Assembly: GCA_963768425.1 (NCBI GenBank)
Contig: CAVYHV010000014.1
Span: forward strand, 1 to 64,000
From: Candidatus Bathyarchaeota archaeon
GTDB taxonomy: Archaea; Thermoproteota; Bathyarchaeia; Bathyarchaeales; Bathycorpusculaceae
Length of the DNA: 64,000 nt
Reading direction: 5' to 3'
Positions within the stretch are counted from its first letter, which is position 1. Every line of letters starts with the position of its first letter. The translations under genes were made by a program, and so were the position numbers. The notes beneath the pieces are model-generated. The model ran no database searches. It saw nothing but the letters and a program-made list of their open reading frames with translations, and was not told the origin of the DNA. Below are positions 42,655 through 52,615 of this stretch, piece after piece.

Positions 42655-43321
42655 AGTCTACCCTCCTATTTCTCCTAAGAAGCACGCAATCCGCAACTAT
42701 ACGGCTTAGCTCTTGCCGTTTTCCATTAATGCGTATATGAACATGTTTTTCGTCTTGTTTCAGAACTTGGATTGATGCTTGGGGTTTGATTCCCTTATCC
42801 TTTAGCATCTCAAGGTTTACGTTTTCTTCGTTAATTATCCTGTCCACGATGTAGCTTTCATTTGAATTTGCCTCGGTTAAGGCTACAGTTGGCAGATCCT
42901 CAATCAATCCTGCGTCGGTGGGTATTGGATTTCCGTGTGGACAAAACTTTGGATGTTCCAATTTCTCTTCTAAGAGATCAGTGACGTTCTTTGACATCGC
43001 ATGCTCGAGTTTGCATGCGTCGGCATGTACTGTGCTCCAATCTGCTTTTAAAATATCGGTGAGGAACCGCTCAGCGAGGCGGTGTCGGCGAATGATGGTT
43101 AATGCGAGCCTTTCGCCTTCTTTTGTAAGCTTGACACCGTGATAAGGTTCATGCCTTACGAGGCCATGGCTTTCTAGATGTTCTATGGTGTTTGTTATGG
43201 AGCCTGGGACAACATGTAGGCTTTCGGCAAGATCTTTAGTTTTTGCAGTGCTGTTTCGTTTTTGAAGCTTGTAGATAATCTCTATGTATTCTTCAGCTTC
43301 TTGTGATAGCGCTATTTCCAT
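42638..43321 (-). CDS. DtxR/MntR-family metal-dependent repressor
   Basis: EEYIEIIY, RRHRLAERFL, ACKLEH, CPHGNPIP. Confidence 0.93.
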   Translation of the reverse strand: MEIALSQEAEEYIEIIYKLQKRNSTAKTKDLAESLHVVPGSITNTIEHLESHGLVRHEPYHGVKLTKEGERLALTIIRRHRLAERFLTDILKADWSTVHADACKLEHAMSKNVTDLLEEKLEHPKFCPHGNPIPTDAGLIEDLPTVALTEANSNESYIVDRIINEENVNLEMLKDKGIKPQASIQVLKQDEKHVHIRINGKRQELSRIVADCVLLRRNRRVDYAVET

Positions 43322-43344
43322 TTTTCTTTTCTTAGCTCCCTAAT

Positions 43345-43386
43345 TACGAGTACTCGTAGTTTATACGAGCTCTCGTAAATTACGAG
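43345..43386. promoter_or_regulatory. Tandem palindromic operators upstream of dtxR-feoAB
   Basis: TACGAGTACTCGTA, TACGAGCTCTCGTA and a third TACGAG. Confidence 0.7.
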
Positions 43387-43519
43387 AGGTTGTTGCATAT
43401 AAGCATTTTGCAAAGGAATTATGGCTTTCTGAACTCGATTTGAGTTTTCACACCTATGTGAAGTCTCTTATTTAGTTTACCTTTTCCATGTTTCGCTTCC
43501 ACTTAATTCCTCACTTTTC

Positions 43520-43642
43520 CTTTCAGTCGATTGAGGCATACACCTATTCGCCCACACTAAAGAGGCAATATGGCTACGCATCCAGGCTTCCTCAATCAGT
43601 CTGACGTCCACCAATGGGGACAGTGTGAAAAACGAGGAAAGT
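43520..43642 (-). ncRNA. Bridge/seek RNA of IS110 element
   Basis: Two stem-internal-loop-stem units whose loops match the target flanks and the donor junction. Confidence 0.75.
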
Positions 43643-44632
43643 TTAGGCCTGATCATAATAAGGGCGCTTATTCTTCAACACTGAATAACAGCACATCAAC
43701 AACTTACGAGCTGCCGCCACAGTAGCAGCTCTTCTTCCTCTTCTTTCTGCTATTCCCTGATACGCCCTCGTTATGGAAGTATTGTACTTGTGAACATGCG
43801 TCTGAGCGGCTTCCACCATTACCCAACGCAGCCAACGGCTGCCCTCCTTAGTGATCCCGCCATGCCTAACCACCCCACCAGAAGCATGAGTAGACGGCAC
43901 CAAACCAGCATAACCACAAAGCCTCTCACCAAACGGAAAACGGTTAACATCGCCAATCTCACTCTTCACTAGCAACGCAGAATAATAACCAATTCCTGGA
44001 ACAGTCATCAAAAGTTTAACATCTTCATCTTCCTTAGCCAAACCCTCAAGCTGCCTAGAAAGCACTTTTATTTCCTCATCAAAAATGTCCATGATCCTAA
44101 GATAAGAATCAACAGACTCAAACTTCAAAGAGCCCAACCACTCAACACCTTTCCTAGAGAATAAACCATGTTCAGAAGGCCACTTGATTCCTTCATACGT
44201 CAGAAAACTCTTAATCTTCACACGAAGTTTGACACGTTCTCGAACCAAGAAAGCCCTTCGCCTCACTTTCTCTCTCAAATCCGACGTTTCTTTGCTTGGC
44301 ACGTATGCAAGCGGCAACGCATCCAACCTCGCCAATTCAGCAATAACCTTGGAATCAACCCGGTCGCTTTTAATCCTAGCCTCCGCAATGTAACGAGTCT
44401 TCTTAGGATGAGAAACCACAACATCAAATCCCTCGCCCGCCAGTTGCCTATAAAGCGATGCTACAGAAGTTGAAGCTTCCATCGCCACCTTGCCCACCTT
44501 AAAGTGAGACAAATACGACAGCACCTTCTCGTTGGTCATTCTCATCTGGTTGATTATTTTTCCTTCAGAATTCAAAATAGTCGCATAAGTACTATCCTTA
44601 TGCACATCCAACCCACAAACAACGGCGCTCAT
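43643..44632 (-). CDS. IS110-family DEDD recombinase/transposase
   Basis: GLDVHK, AMEA, KSDRVDS, VPGIG, YAGLVPS..SGG. Confidence 0.95.
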   Translation of the reverse strand: MSAVVCGLDVHKDSTYATILNSEGKIINQMRMTNEKVLSYLSHFKVGKVAMEASTSVASLYRQLAGEGFDVVVSHPKKTRYIAEARIKSDRVDSKVIAELARLDALPLAYVPSKETSDLREKVRRRAFLVRERVKLRVKIKSFLTYEGIKWPSEHGLFSRKGVEWLGSLKFESVDSYLRIMDIFDEEIKVLSRQLEGLAKEDEDVKLLMTVPGIGYYSALLVKSEIGDVNRFPFGERLCGYAGLVPSTHASGGVVRHGGITKEGSRWLRWVMVEAAQTHVHKYNTSITRAYQGIAERRGRRAATVAAARKLLMCCYSVLKNKRPYYDQA

Positions 44633-45045
44633 AGTATGGCGTGAGCGCCGCCCGCCCTTAACACTTCCCATACCATCAGTCTCCTTCAGGCGCGAATCCA
44701 CGTATAAATTTCTCTGCTAACTGGTTCTTATTTATGCATTTAGTGTTTTCATGTTTTTCTTTTATGTGCCATGCTAAAGACCCGACTCCGCACCTTTTGG
44801 ATGAAGGGGGCGAACAAGAGAGGAACTTGAGCGGTTGCTCGCTTAAATTTCAGCGCAGAGATAGAAATTTTCGGCTAAGCGAGTTAGTTGGCACACTTTG
44901 TTTTTGGCCAAATTCTTCACTATTCATATGTTGGTGTTTAATTGCAACAACAAATGGATAAATCTGCCAACACGACTTTCTTGTTTGAATAATCTTAAGA
45001 ATCAACTTTTGAGAAAATCTTTGCAAGAGGAGCTTATTGTAAACG

Positions 45046-46083
45046 TTGGAACATGCAAAGCAAGATCTTGAAACCAAAACTGCAATTTCGAGGCATGGCA
45101 TCAAGGACCAGCAGATCTTTATTGAATGCGAGTGCGGAGCCAAAATACTGCTAACGCCTTCCTTGAATGCCATGAACCGTGCTATCGAAGCCCATGTTAC
45201 GTGGCACAAAAGAATGGAGAAGGTCGACAGAAAAAGAGCCAGCCATCTACGCCAAGTTTTGGCTGATCAAGCAATAGAGAAAGCAACTCAACTTGCGATA
45301 CTCACCGAACGCAAAAAAATGCAAGTTGAACTCGAGGAATATGCCAAGCATTTGGAAGAGCTTCTCATAGAACGAACTGAAAAACTAAAATCCGCTGAGC
45401 GATTAATAGCCATCGGCGAAACGGCAGGCATGGTCGGGCATGACATCCGTAACCCATTGCAAGCAATAACTGGCGATGTTTTCTTGGCTAAAACAGATTT
45501 AACGGCAATTCCTGAAAGTGAAGAGAAAAAGAACATACAAGAAAGCCTGTCGGAAATTGAGAAAAACGTAGATTACATCAACAAGATTGTGGCGGACCTG
45601 CAAGATTTTGCCAGACCTCTTAAACCAAACGCCGAAGAAACCGACATAAAACGCATAATTGACGAGTTATTGAAGAAGAACGGTTTGCCAGAGAACGTTA
45701 AAGTAAGTGTCAAAGTAAAAAATGACGCCCAAAAAGTTGTGGCTGACCCTACTTTCATAAATCGTATTATGTACAATTTGGTGACGAATGCGGTTCAAGC
45801 CATGCCTAAAGGCGGAAAACTAACCATCCACACCTACAAAGAAGCAAATGACGTTGTAATAGCCGTTAAGGATACTGGCGTTGGCATTCCTGAAGCAGTA
45901 AAAGGCAAATTGTTCACGCCAATGTTCACCACAAAGTCTAAAGGTCAAGGCTTCGGATTGGCAGTTATTAAGCGAATGACCGAATCATTGGGCGGCACCG
46001 TCTCCTTCAAGAGCCAAGAAGGCAAAGGAACGACCTTTAAGATACGTTTGCGCCAAAGGCCCCTCGCGAATGAGAGGGCTTAG
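45046..46083 (+). CDS. Soluble sensor histidine kinase with N-terminal CxC..H..H module
   Basis: GHDIRNPL H-box, NLVTNA, DTGVG, GQGFGL. Confidence 0.9.
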   Translation: MEHAKQDLETKTAISRHGIKDQQIFIECECGAKILLTPSLNAMNRAIEAHVTWHKRMEKVDRKRASHLRQVLADQAIEKATQLAILTERKKMQVELEEYAKHLEELLIERTEKLKSAERLIAIGETAGMVGHDIRNPLQAITGDVFLAKTDLTAIPESEEKKNIQESLSEIEKNVDYINKIVADLQDFARPLKPNAEETDIKRIIDELLKKNGLPENVKVSVKVKNDAQKVVADPTFINRIMYNLVTNAVQAMPKGGKLTIHTYKEANDVVIAVKDTGVGIPEAVKGKLFTPMFTTKSKGQGFGLAVIKRMTESLGGTVSFKSQEGKGTTFKIRLRQRPLANERA

Positions 46084-46199
46084 AGAGAACACAAATTAAG
46101 ATTCTTATTTTTTTATATGTTCTGATGATTAGCTTAAACCAAACAAACTTTCTCCCTCATGTACCCCCAAATTTTTGGGGGCTTTGGTTATCTCGGGAA

Positions 46200-46544
46200 C
46201 TATGGAGATTCCAAAAGAATATCTTTCCCTTCAACTTTCACTGAAAAGACTGGTTCATCTTTGATTTTTGGGTGAATCAAAGGAACCTTTGGACCGGAAA
46301 TTACTTTGCCGGTTGTAACGTCAAACTTTGACTTATGCTTTGGACAGGTTACAATATTTTCTTCCAATGTTCCTTTACCAAGTTCGCCGCTCATGTGTGT
46401 GCACCTATTTCCAATGGCGTAATAAGCGCCCTTTACGTTGGCTACCAAAACTTCTTTTTCGCCAAGTTTTACAGCCTTCATTTGCCCCACAGGTATCTCT
46501 GAGGTTTCCGCAACTTTAACAAAAGTCAATCCTTCCAACTCCAA
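46200..46544 (-). CDS. Rieske-type ferredoxin
   Basis: CTH..CPKH motif. Confidence 0.9.
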   Translation of the reverse strand: MELEGLTFVKVAETSEIPVGQMKAVKLGEKEVLVANVKGAYYAIGNRCTHMSGELGKGTLEENIVTCPKHKSKFDVTTGKVISGPKVPLIHPKIKDEPVFSVKVEGKDILLESP

Positions 46545-47133
46545 TCTTCATTATCTTCTAATTCTAAACTTCTTTAAAAACTCCAATTGCTTACTACCGA
46601 ACAAGCCTCTTCCCTCTATGGGGTAAGTTTTCGGAAGGCTTGGGTTTGCCTATACAATCTGGCCCCTATGAGAGAAAATTCTGAAGCCGTTTGGAGTTTG
46701 TTCAGGTTTCTACCAATGGCTCGCAAGCAGGCATCAAAAATTCAACCTTAGGTTGCCCCTTCTTTGTTTGCGCGAGTTCTTTGAGATCTTCGGCTTGCAT
46801 GTTTGGAAGGTTACACATAGCTCATCAAGAAATTATCCGCGTTTTTGGCTATTATCATTTTGTGCGTGTGATATTACAACAACAATCCCGAGAAGAACGC
46901 AGGCATACCAAAATACAGGTACAATGTTGGCGCAATCACGCCGAAACCTCAGCGCTATTTTGTTTCTTTTTATATTTGAAACTTGAATTTCAGGCGTCAC
47001 TATCAGTGTCTGTTGACCGTGTTCATGAAGTTGCTCGAAAAAAAAGGAAGAGGAAAAATTGACTGAGCGCCGCCAAGCTTCAACATTAATCGATGTATTG
47101 TTTTTTCGGGGCAAATTTCTGAGGAGAAATAAA

Positions 47134-47547
47134 TTAGCTGTCGCATTTGGAACCATTCGTATCTTCTGGTTTTGCCTCTGCAGTTGAACCCTTTTGATTC
47201 GCATCAGCCTGAAACGCTTGCCACTCGTCTATCAGCTTTTCAAGGTTTGCAAAATCTTCGTTAAATTGACGCTCATCATATCCTTTGGATAGGCTGCTCA
47301 TCACCATTCCAATGTTACTTGCTATTTGGGCCCACATTTGTCGCTCTTTAGGAGTTATATACTGCAATTTGTCTCCAACTTGTTGCTGGTCTATTTTTCC
47401 TTTAGCAATTGCAGTGGCGGTGTCAAACAAGTTGTCTAGTTCAGTTAGCCATTTGTTTCTTAATCCTTGCATGTCGAGCCTTATGTTTTCGTGAACATTG
47501 TAAATGCGCCGTTCAATCTGAAGACCGTAATTTGGTTTATGCCTCAT
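47134..47547 (-). CDS. Helical hypothetical protein (possibly TerS-like, mobile-element derived)
   Basis: GGAGGTGA RBS; all-alpha 137 aa; function is inference. Confidence 0.55.
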   Translation of the reverse strand: MRHKPNYGLQIERRIYNVHENIRLDMQGLRNKWLTELDNLFDTATAIAKGKIDQQQVGDKLQYITPKERQMWAQIASNIGMVMSSLSKGYDERQFNEDFANLEKLIDEWQAFQADANQKGSTAEAKPEDTNGSKCDS

Positions 47548-47876
47548 TTTTTGTCACCTCCCCTCCGCCAGTTTTCATGAATTGCGGGAAAACAAAAGAT
47601 GGAAAACGCAGAAAAACAATGATGCGGCAAAGCGAATAATGGAAAAAACGAAAAATTTATCGTTAGTTTTTCAGCCCATTTTTTTGCCTTTCGCCCTCCG
47701 CTGTTCGCCTCTTTTTGCGGCAAAGCAAGGGGCACTTTTACAAGAAAGGCAGGTTGTAGCATGGGTAAACGGTGCGTTTGAGCTTAAAAATTTTCTGGCA
47801 TCAACAAAAGACACTGTCGTTTGTGTAGAGAAATAGCTTTATATAGGGGTGATTTCGAAAACCGAGCTTGGATCAT

Positions 47877-48161
47877 TCATGCTGGTTCAATCGTCACGTC
47901 TAAGGGTGAACCTGTAGATTTTCCTTCTTCCGCATGCATGAGGTTTAGCGCCAATTTCGGAATCGTTATGCGGCCATCTTTGCGCATTTTGGTGTAAAAG
48001 AACTGCCAGCCCATGTGCGTACCCAAAAAATTAACGCCTATTTTTAAAGCTTGGTCGCCGTCAATTTTAAAACGCCATCGGATTAACTTTGGAATTTGTA
48101 CTTTGTTTAAGCTTTCAAGTGTTGTTGTGAAGGAAACTTTTTCTGTTAACGGCATACACAT
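47877..48161 (-). CDS. Tandem AbrB/MazE-like DNA-binding protein
   Basis: NKVQIPKLIR and DGRITIPK repeats. Confidence 0.7.
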   Translation of the reverse strand: MCMPLTEKVSFTTTLESLNKVQIPKLIRWRFKIDGDQALKIGVNFLGTHMGWQFFYTKMRKDGRITIPKLALNLMHAEEGKSTGSPLDVTIEPA

Positions 48162-48195
48162 TCAAGCTTTCTGCAGCGTGTACTTAAGCATTTAG

Positions 48196-48269
48196 AGTCG
48201 AAACTAGTCTTTCCGAGTCTTAACTAGTCATTCCAAGTCTAATCTAGTCAATTACAGTCATTTGGAGTC
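48196..48269 (+). repeat. Eight AGTC cores at exact 10-bp spacing
   Basis: AGTC at 48196, 48206 ... 48266. Confidence 0.85.
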
Positions 48270-48419
48270 GCAACCTGCAAATGATCCAGACCCTAAACCA
48301 AAAAAACAACCCAAAACAAACTGAACAAAAAATATCCTGAAGCCCAAAGGATAACAACTCAACCTGACATCCAACAGAAAAAGTTATAGCTCTAGCGAAG
48401 ATAATTAAGTTGTGGTTCT

Positions 48420-48851
48420 ATGCAGTTTTTTACTGTGACAGACAAATCGAATGTTAGTCATAAAATTCTCGCTGTACCTTTAACCGGCGAGGAAATGAAT
48501 GAACTAATGTCTGAGTGCAAAACGTGTATGCCTTCAATCTACGTTTCATCTATGGTTCAAAACGGACACCCATACGTAATAATTGACTTTGGAGCTGGCG
48601 GCTCCTACAAAACAGCTTTGGCGCTTGACGAGGAGTCTGAAGACGGCCACAAAATCGGTGACGAATTAGAAATTGGGGATCTGTTAACCGTTATTTTAAC
48701 CTCGAAGTCCAAAGCAGTTAAAGTTTCCAAAGACAAAGTATACTTAAACGTGCCTTTATCGGAAGTGTTGGCGTTCAGTTTCCTCTTCACAGCTGACATG
48801 GCGGAGAATTACGCGGTCTTCAAAATGTACAAGCAGCCAAAAGGCGAATAA
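48420..48851 (+). CDS. Hypothetical protein
   Basis: 143 aa ORF after GAAAAAGTTATA promoter. Confidence 0.6.
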   Translation: MQFFTVTDKSNVSHKILAVPLTGEEMNELMSECKTCMPSIYVSSMVQNGHPYVIIDFGAGGSYKTALALDEESEDGHKIGDELEIGDLLTVILTSKSKAVKVSKDKVYLNVPLSEVLAFSFLFTADMAENYAVFKMYKQPKGE

Positions 48852-49036
48852 ACCAGCCAGATTAACCTCGTTCCGATAATTCATTCTTGCGGATAATGAG
48901 GCGACTCAAGGCTCTTTCAAATGGTCGTTCTAAAAACACGCTGTCTTGCTTTTTGGGTTTCAACTCGAGGTGAACCGAAGCCTTTGGGATAAAAAACTTT
49001 TTAAACACATACTGCAATCATTCTTTCCGAACCTAC

Positions 49037-49654
49037 ATGATACCAAAAGCATTCTTTTTCACAAAAGGAGTTGGCAAACACAAAGAGCAACTTCAATCTT
49101 TCGAATTAGCCCTCAGAGACGCAGGCATCCAAATGTGCAACCTCGTAAGCGTATCTAGCATCGTTCCCCCAGGATGCGAACAGCTAACCTGCGAGAAAGG
49201 CCTCAAAATGGTTCAGCCCGGCGAAATAACCTTCGTCGTCATCGCCCGCAACTCCACCAACGAACCCCACAGGCTTGTAGCTTCATCAATCGGCGTCGCC
49301 ATTCCATCCGGCAAAAACCAGTACGGTTACCTCTCTGAGCATCACTCATACGGACAAACAGACGAGACCGCAGGCGACTACGCGGAAGACTTGGCAGCAA
49401 CGATGCTTGCAACAACCATGGGCATCCAGTTTGACCCAGAAACCGCTTGGGACGAACGCAAACAACTCTTCAAAACCACCGGGCTCATAATCAAAACAGC
49501 CAACATAACCCAGAGCGCAGCAGGAGACAAAAAGGGCTTTGGACAACAACCGTCGCAGCAGCCGTCTTCGTACCAGAAAACAACAAACCAAAAGAACCAA
49601 CCGCCTAAGCCAAGCATTTTGGCACCGTTTTTTGTTATCTTTTTAAAATTCTAA
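49037..49654 (+). CDS. pdaD: Pyruvoyl-dependent arginine decarboxylase (3' end frameshifted)
   Basis: [27 protein letters not shown]. Confidence 0.9.
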   Translation: MIPKAFFFTKGVGKHKEQLQSFELALRDAGIQMCNLVSVSSIVPPGCEQLTCEKGLKMVQPGEITFVVIARNSTNEPHRLVASSIGVAIPSGKNQYGYLSEHHSYGQTDETAGDYAEDLAATMLATTMGIQFDPETAWDERKQLFKTTGLIIKTANITQSAAGDKKGFGQQPSQQPSSYQKTTNQKNQPPKPSILAPFFVIFLKF

Positions 49655-49824
49655 TCTCTTTTAAATGAATCTTTCACTCTCAGCGTTGAATGTTATTGTC
49701 TGGTTAGGTCTTGTCGAAATCATAAGCTTTAGTCAAGAAACTTTGACTAACTTTAGTCAAGAAAGCTTAACGAAAACACTATTTAACCGTGACCAACGCC
49801 TAAGAGTTGTAGAAGGAAACGGGA

Positions 49825-51285
49825 ATGAAGAAGAGCTGTTTAGGGTTATTAATTCTGGTTTTAATCACGTCTTCCTTGGTTTTAGGCGGCGCCGGGAATC
49901 TTGCCAAAGCCCAATCGGGTGTTAACGTGAGCACAGTAATAAGTGAAGACACTACCTGGACACTGGCAAACAGCCCCTACAATATTACGGGAAATGTTTT
50001 GGTAAATAGCGGAGCAACCTTGACGCTGTCGGCAGGAACCACATTAAACCTGAACGGCTACATGGTGGTAACTGGCTCACTCATAGTTCAGCCCGGAGTT
50101 ACAATAAACATAGTGAACGCGAGCGGCTACATCCAAGTTGACGGTAGCCTATTTGCAGTGGGAACAAGTTCCGAACCCATCCAAATCATCGGCACCGCAG
50201 GAACATATACGATGGGGTTGATAAGCGGCACATTTTACCCCTCAATAACCTTCAGCCGCGGTAGCACAGGTTGGAATCCGCAGACCTCCTCAGGATCCAC
50301 CATACAGAACACCGTCTTAAGCTCCGTCATCTTCAGCGTTTCTTCCTCTGTGGAGCTATCAAACGACATTTTCAACAATGGATTATCGCTAGAGGGCAAC
50401 TCTCCCGTAGTCACCAACTGCAAAATTGAGTTGGGAATAGGTGTCACTGGCGGGGCACCCATCATTGCAGGAAATACCATATCGGGAGGCATAACAATAA
50501 ACGGGGAATCATACGAAAGCCTTCAGACCACATACATCGAAAACAACGTTATCTCAGGAAACCCCGCGGAATCGACGGCAGGAATCACCTTTCTGGAAAG
50601 TGTGCCCACTGGCGCCGTTATAATCGAAAGAAACACGATAGGCACGGGAACCCTTGACGGAATCGACTTCGCAATCGCCGACAACTACAAATGCCCCGTC
50701 TTCATAGAAAACAACACCATCGCAAACAACAGTGTCGGCATAGACCTTCATTACGGGTACCCTGAATCTGTCAGCGCCAACAACATCTACAACAACGCAG
50801 TAAACGTAAAGGTGGACAACAACCATTCCTTCAACTGCTCAAACAACTGGTGGGGAACAACCGACCCGACAGAGATCAGCAAATCAATCCACGACTTCAA
50901 AAACGATTTCACCCTAGGCACAATCACCTTTGAGCCCTTCTTGGAAACTCAGAACCCAGAAGCCACTCCAAACCCTAGCCTTCCAGTGCCGACGCCGAGC
51001 CCAACGCTTCCACCGCATGTGTACACTCCGTCTAACTCAACGATGCCTTTGACACCGATACACCTGCAGACGGGACAGGCATTTCCAATGAGCAACTACA
51101 CGGCTCCAACTGCTCCCGCCAGTAGCCAAAACCCACATGCCTCCAGAAGCCTTAGCATTTCGGCGACGGGATTTTTGGTGATCATCGGGGTCTTGTTAGG
51201 TGTGATTGCCGGCTTCGTAGTGGCCGTTGTTGTTCTCTTGCGTAGGGCTAGAAAAGCAGCTCCAGCGGCCGAGTCAAAACTTTAG
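49825..51285 (+). CDS. Secreted parallel beta-helix surface protein
   Basis: Signal peptide, TTWTLANSPY, N..I repeats, NNWWGT, TM anchor. Confidence 0.8.
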   Translation: MKKSCLGLLILVLITSSLVLGGAGNLAKAQSGVNVSTVISEDTTWTLANSPYNITGNVLVNSGATLTLSAGTTLNLNGYMVVTGSLIVQPGVTINIVNASGYIQVDGSLFAVGTSSEPIQIIGTAGTYTMGLISGTFYPSITFSRGSTGWNPQTSSGSTIQNTVLSSVIFSVSSSVELSNDIFNNGLSLEGNSPVVTNCKIELGIGVTGGAPIIAGNTISGGITINGESYESLQTTYIENNVISGNPAESTAGITFLESVPTGAVIIERNTIGTGTLDGIDFAIADNYKCPVFIENNTIANNSVGIDLHYGYPESVSANNIYNNAVNVKVDNNHSFNCSNNWWGTTDPTEISKSIHDFKNDFTLGTITFEPFLETQNPEATPNPSLPVPTPSPTLPPHVYTPSNSTMPLTPIHLQTGQAFPMSNYTAPTAPASSQNPHASRSLSISATGFLVIIGVLLGVIAGFVVAVVVLLRRARKAAPAAESKL

Positions 51286-52203
51286 TGTCGCTGAGCAGGA
51301 AAGATGTTTTTCCAGCCTTCAATGCGGTCCAGATATTCTTGAACGGGTTGGCCACCATAAGTTCTAAGTTTTTCTATCAGTTGAGTCTGGGCAATTGCTT
51401 CTTTCTGGAAGTCTCGGATTTGGCTAGCGCCGTCAGTGAGATAAAGAAATCCGTCGGTTCCTGCCCTTGCGCAACGTGTACTAACTGTGAGTAGTTCTTG
51501 AGTTGTCGGTACGTCTTTAGGGTTGTCGCCTGGACCATACATGTAGAAGGCGATGTAGAAGGGCTTCTTGAGAAGTTTCTTGAATGCGCGTGACAGCATT
51601 TCCCAGTACCAAGGGGTAGCGTAGTTTTTGCTAAACATCACAACGCAAAATTTGTCCGCGTACTTGGCGAAGTCATCGAAATCTACGCCGTAACGTTCCA
51701 GCGAACTAACTGGATCAGGCTGAATGCACAGCACAAGCTCTTTTTTGACGCGCTCTCGGATTTGTGCGATGTAGTTGGTGACTTCCTGTCTTCGCCATTC
51801 GACCCAGCTTAAACCACTTTTTCCCCAAAGTTCTTGGCATCGGGGGCAGGTGCAGTGTCCATGGTCTGCAAAGTACTGGCTGTTAGCCAAATACCCTGAG
51901 ATTGAGAGTCAACTTCCGCAATGTAGTTCAACTGTTCAGCCCGATGCTCTGGCTGCGTGGCGCAAACTACGTCCCAGAAAATGTTAAAATTGTTGTTCCC
52001 CATTTTAGCTGGTCCCAGCGGCGACTGCGAAATCCAGTCGGGGTGATTCCGCACAGCTACATTGTCTGCGAAAACAGCGATGTTGCTGTACATGTCCTGC
52101 ACTGGCTGAAGTCTCAGCCCAGTTTCAGTTTTCACACGCAGAACATGAAAGTCAAATCCCTCTGCTTTTTCAGGCTGGAAGGTGATATGTTCCGAGTTTC
52201 ATT
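51282..52203 (-). CDS. Hypothetical TIM-barrel/glycoside hydrolase-like protein split by indels
   Basis: ORFs 51809..52135 and 51282..51890 join; HPDW and CTCPRC motifs. Confidence 0.5.
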
Positions 52204-52615
52204 TGGAGTGCCTTTTCCAGCCAAAGAAGCGGTTGAAAAGTAAATAAGGGTTTTGTGCACACGCAAAAGATGGAGAGTTTTGTTTTTTTAGCTGTTCGGC
52301 ACAAACAGCCAGGTGTATGTTATAGGTTCTGTGGTTTTTAATTGAACGTGTATATTTGTGCAATTGCAGCATAATCGAAGGTTTTTCCATGGGTTACAAA
52401 CTTCAAGTTTAAGCCCGAATTTTGAACGTTTTTTTAGCATAAGGGCTGGTTGCGAATTAAAAATTGGATGAACATAATGTAAAAGGCAGATTGAATCGAC
52501 AAGTGCCCAAACCAAATCAACAACATGTTTCATATGCACAGCTTTTAAATATAACTAGGTGTAGCTGTAGAGGTAAAAATCAACTAAGCAAACAATTGTC
52601 GAAAAGGATTGGAAA

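Larger units (their letters stand above)
43452..44674 (-). mobile_element. IS110-family (IS1111-like) insertion sequence
   Basis: Sub-terminal IRs 43455-43465 / 44662-44672 (9/11), GGT core at both ends, ~190-nt 3' non-coding region. Confidence 0.85.

Noticed and set aside
46691-47062. Degenerate transposase fragment
   Set aside because: Resemblance too weak in any frame
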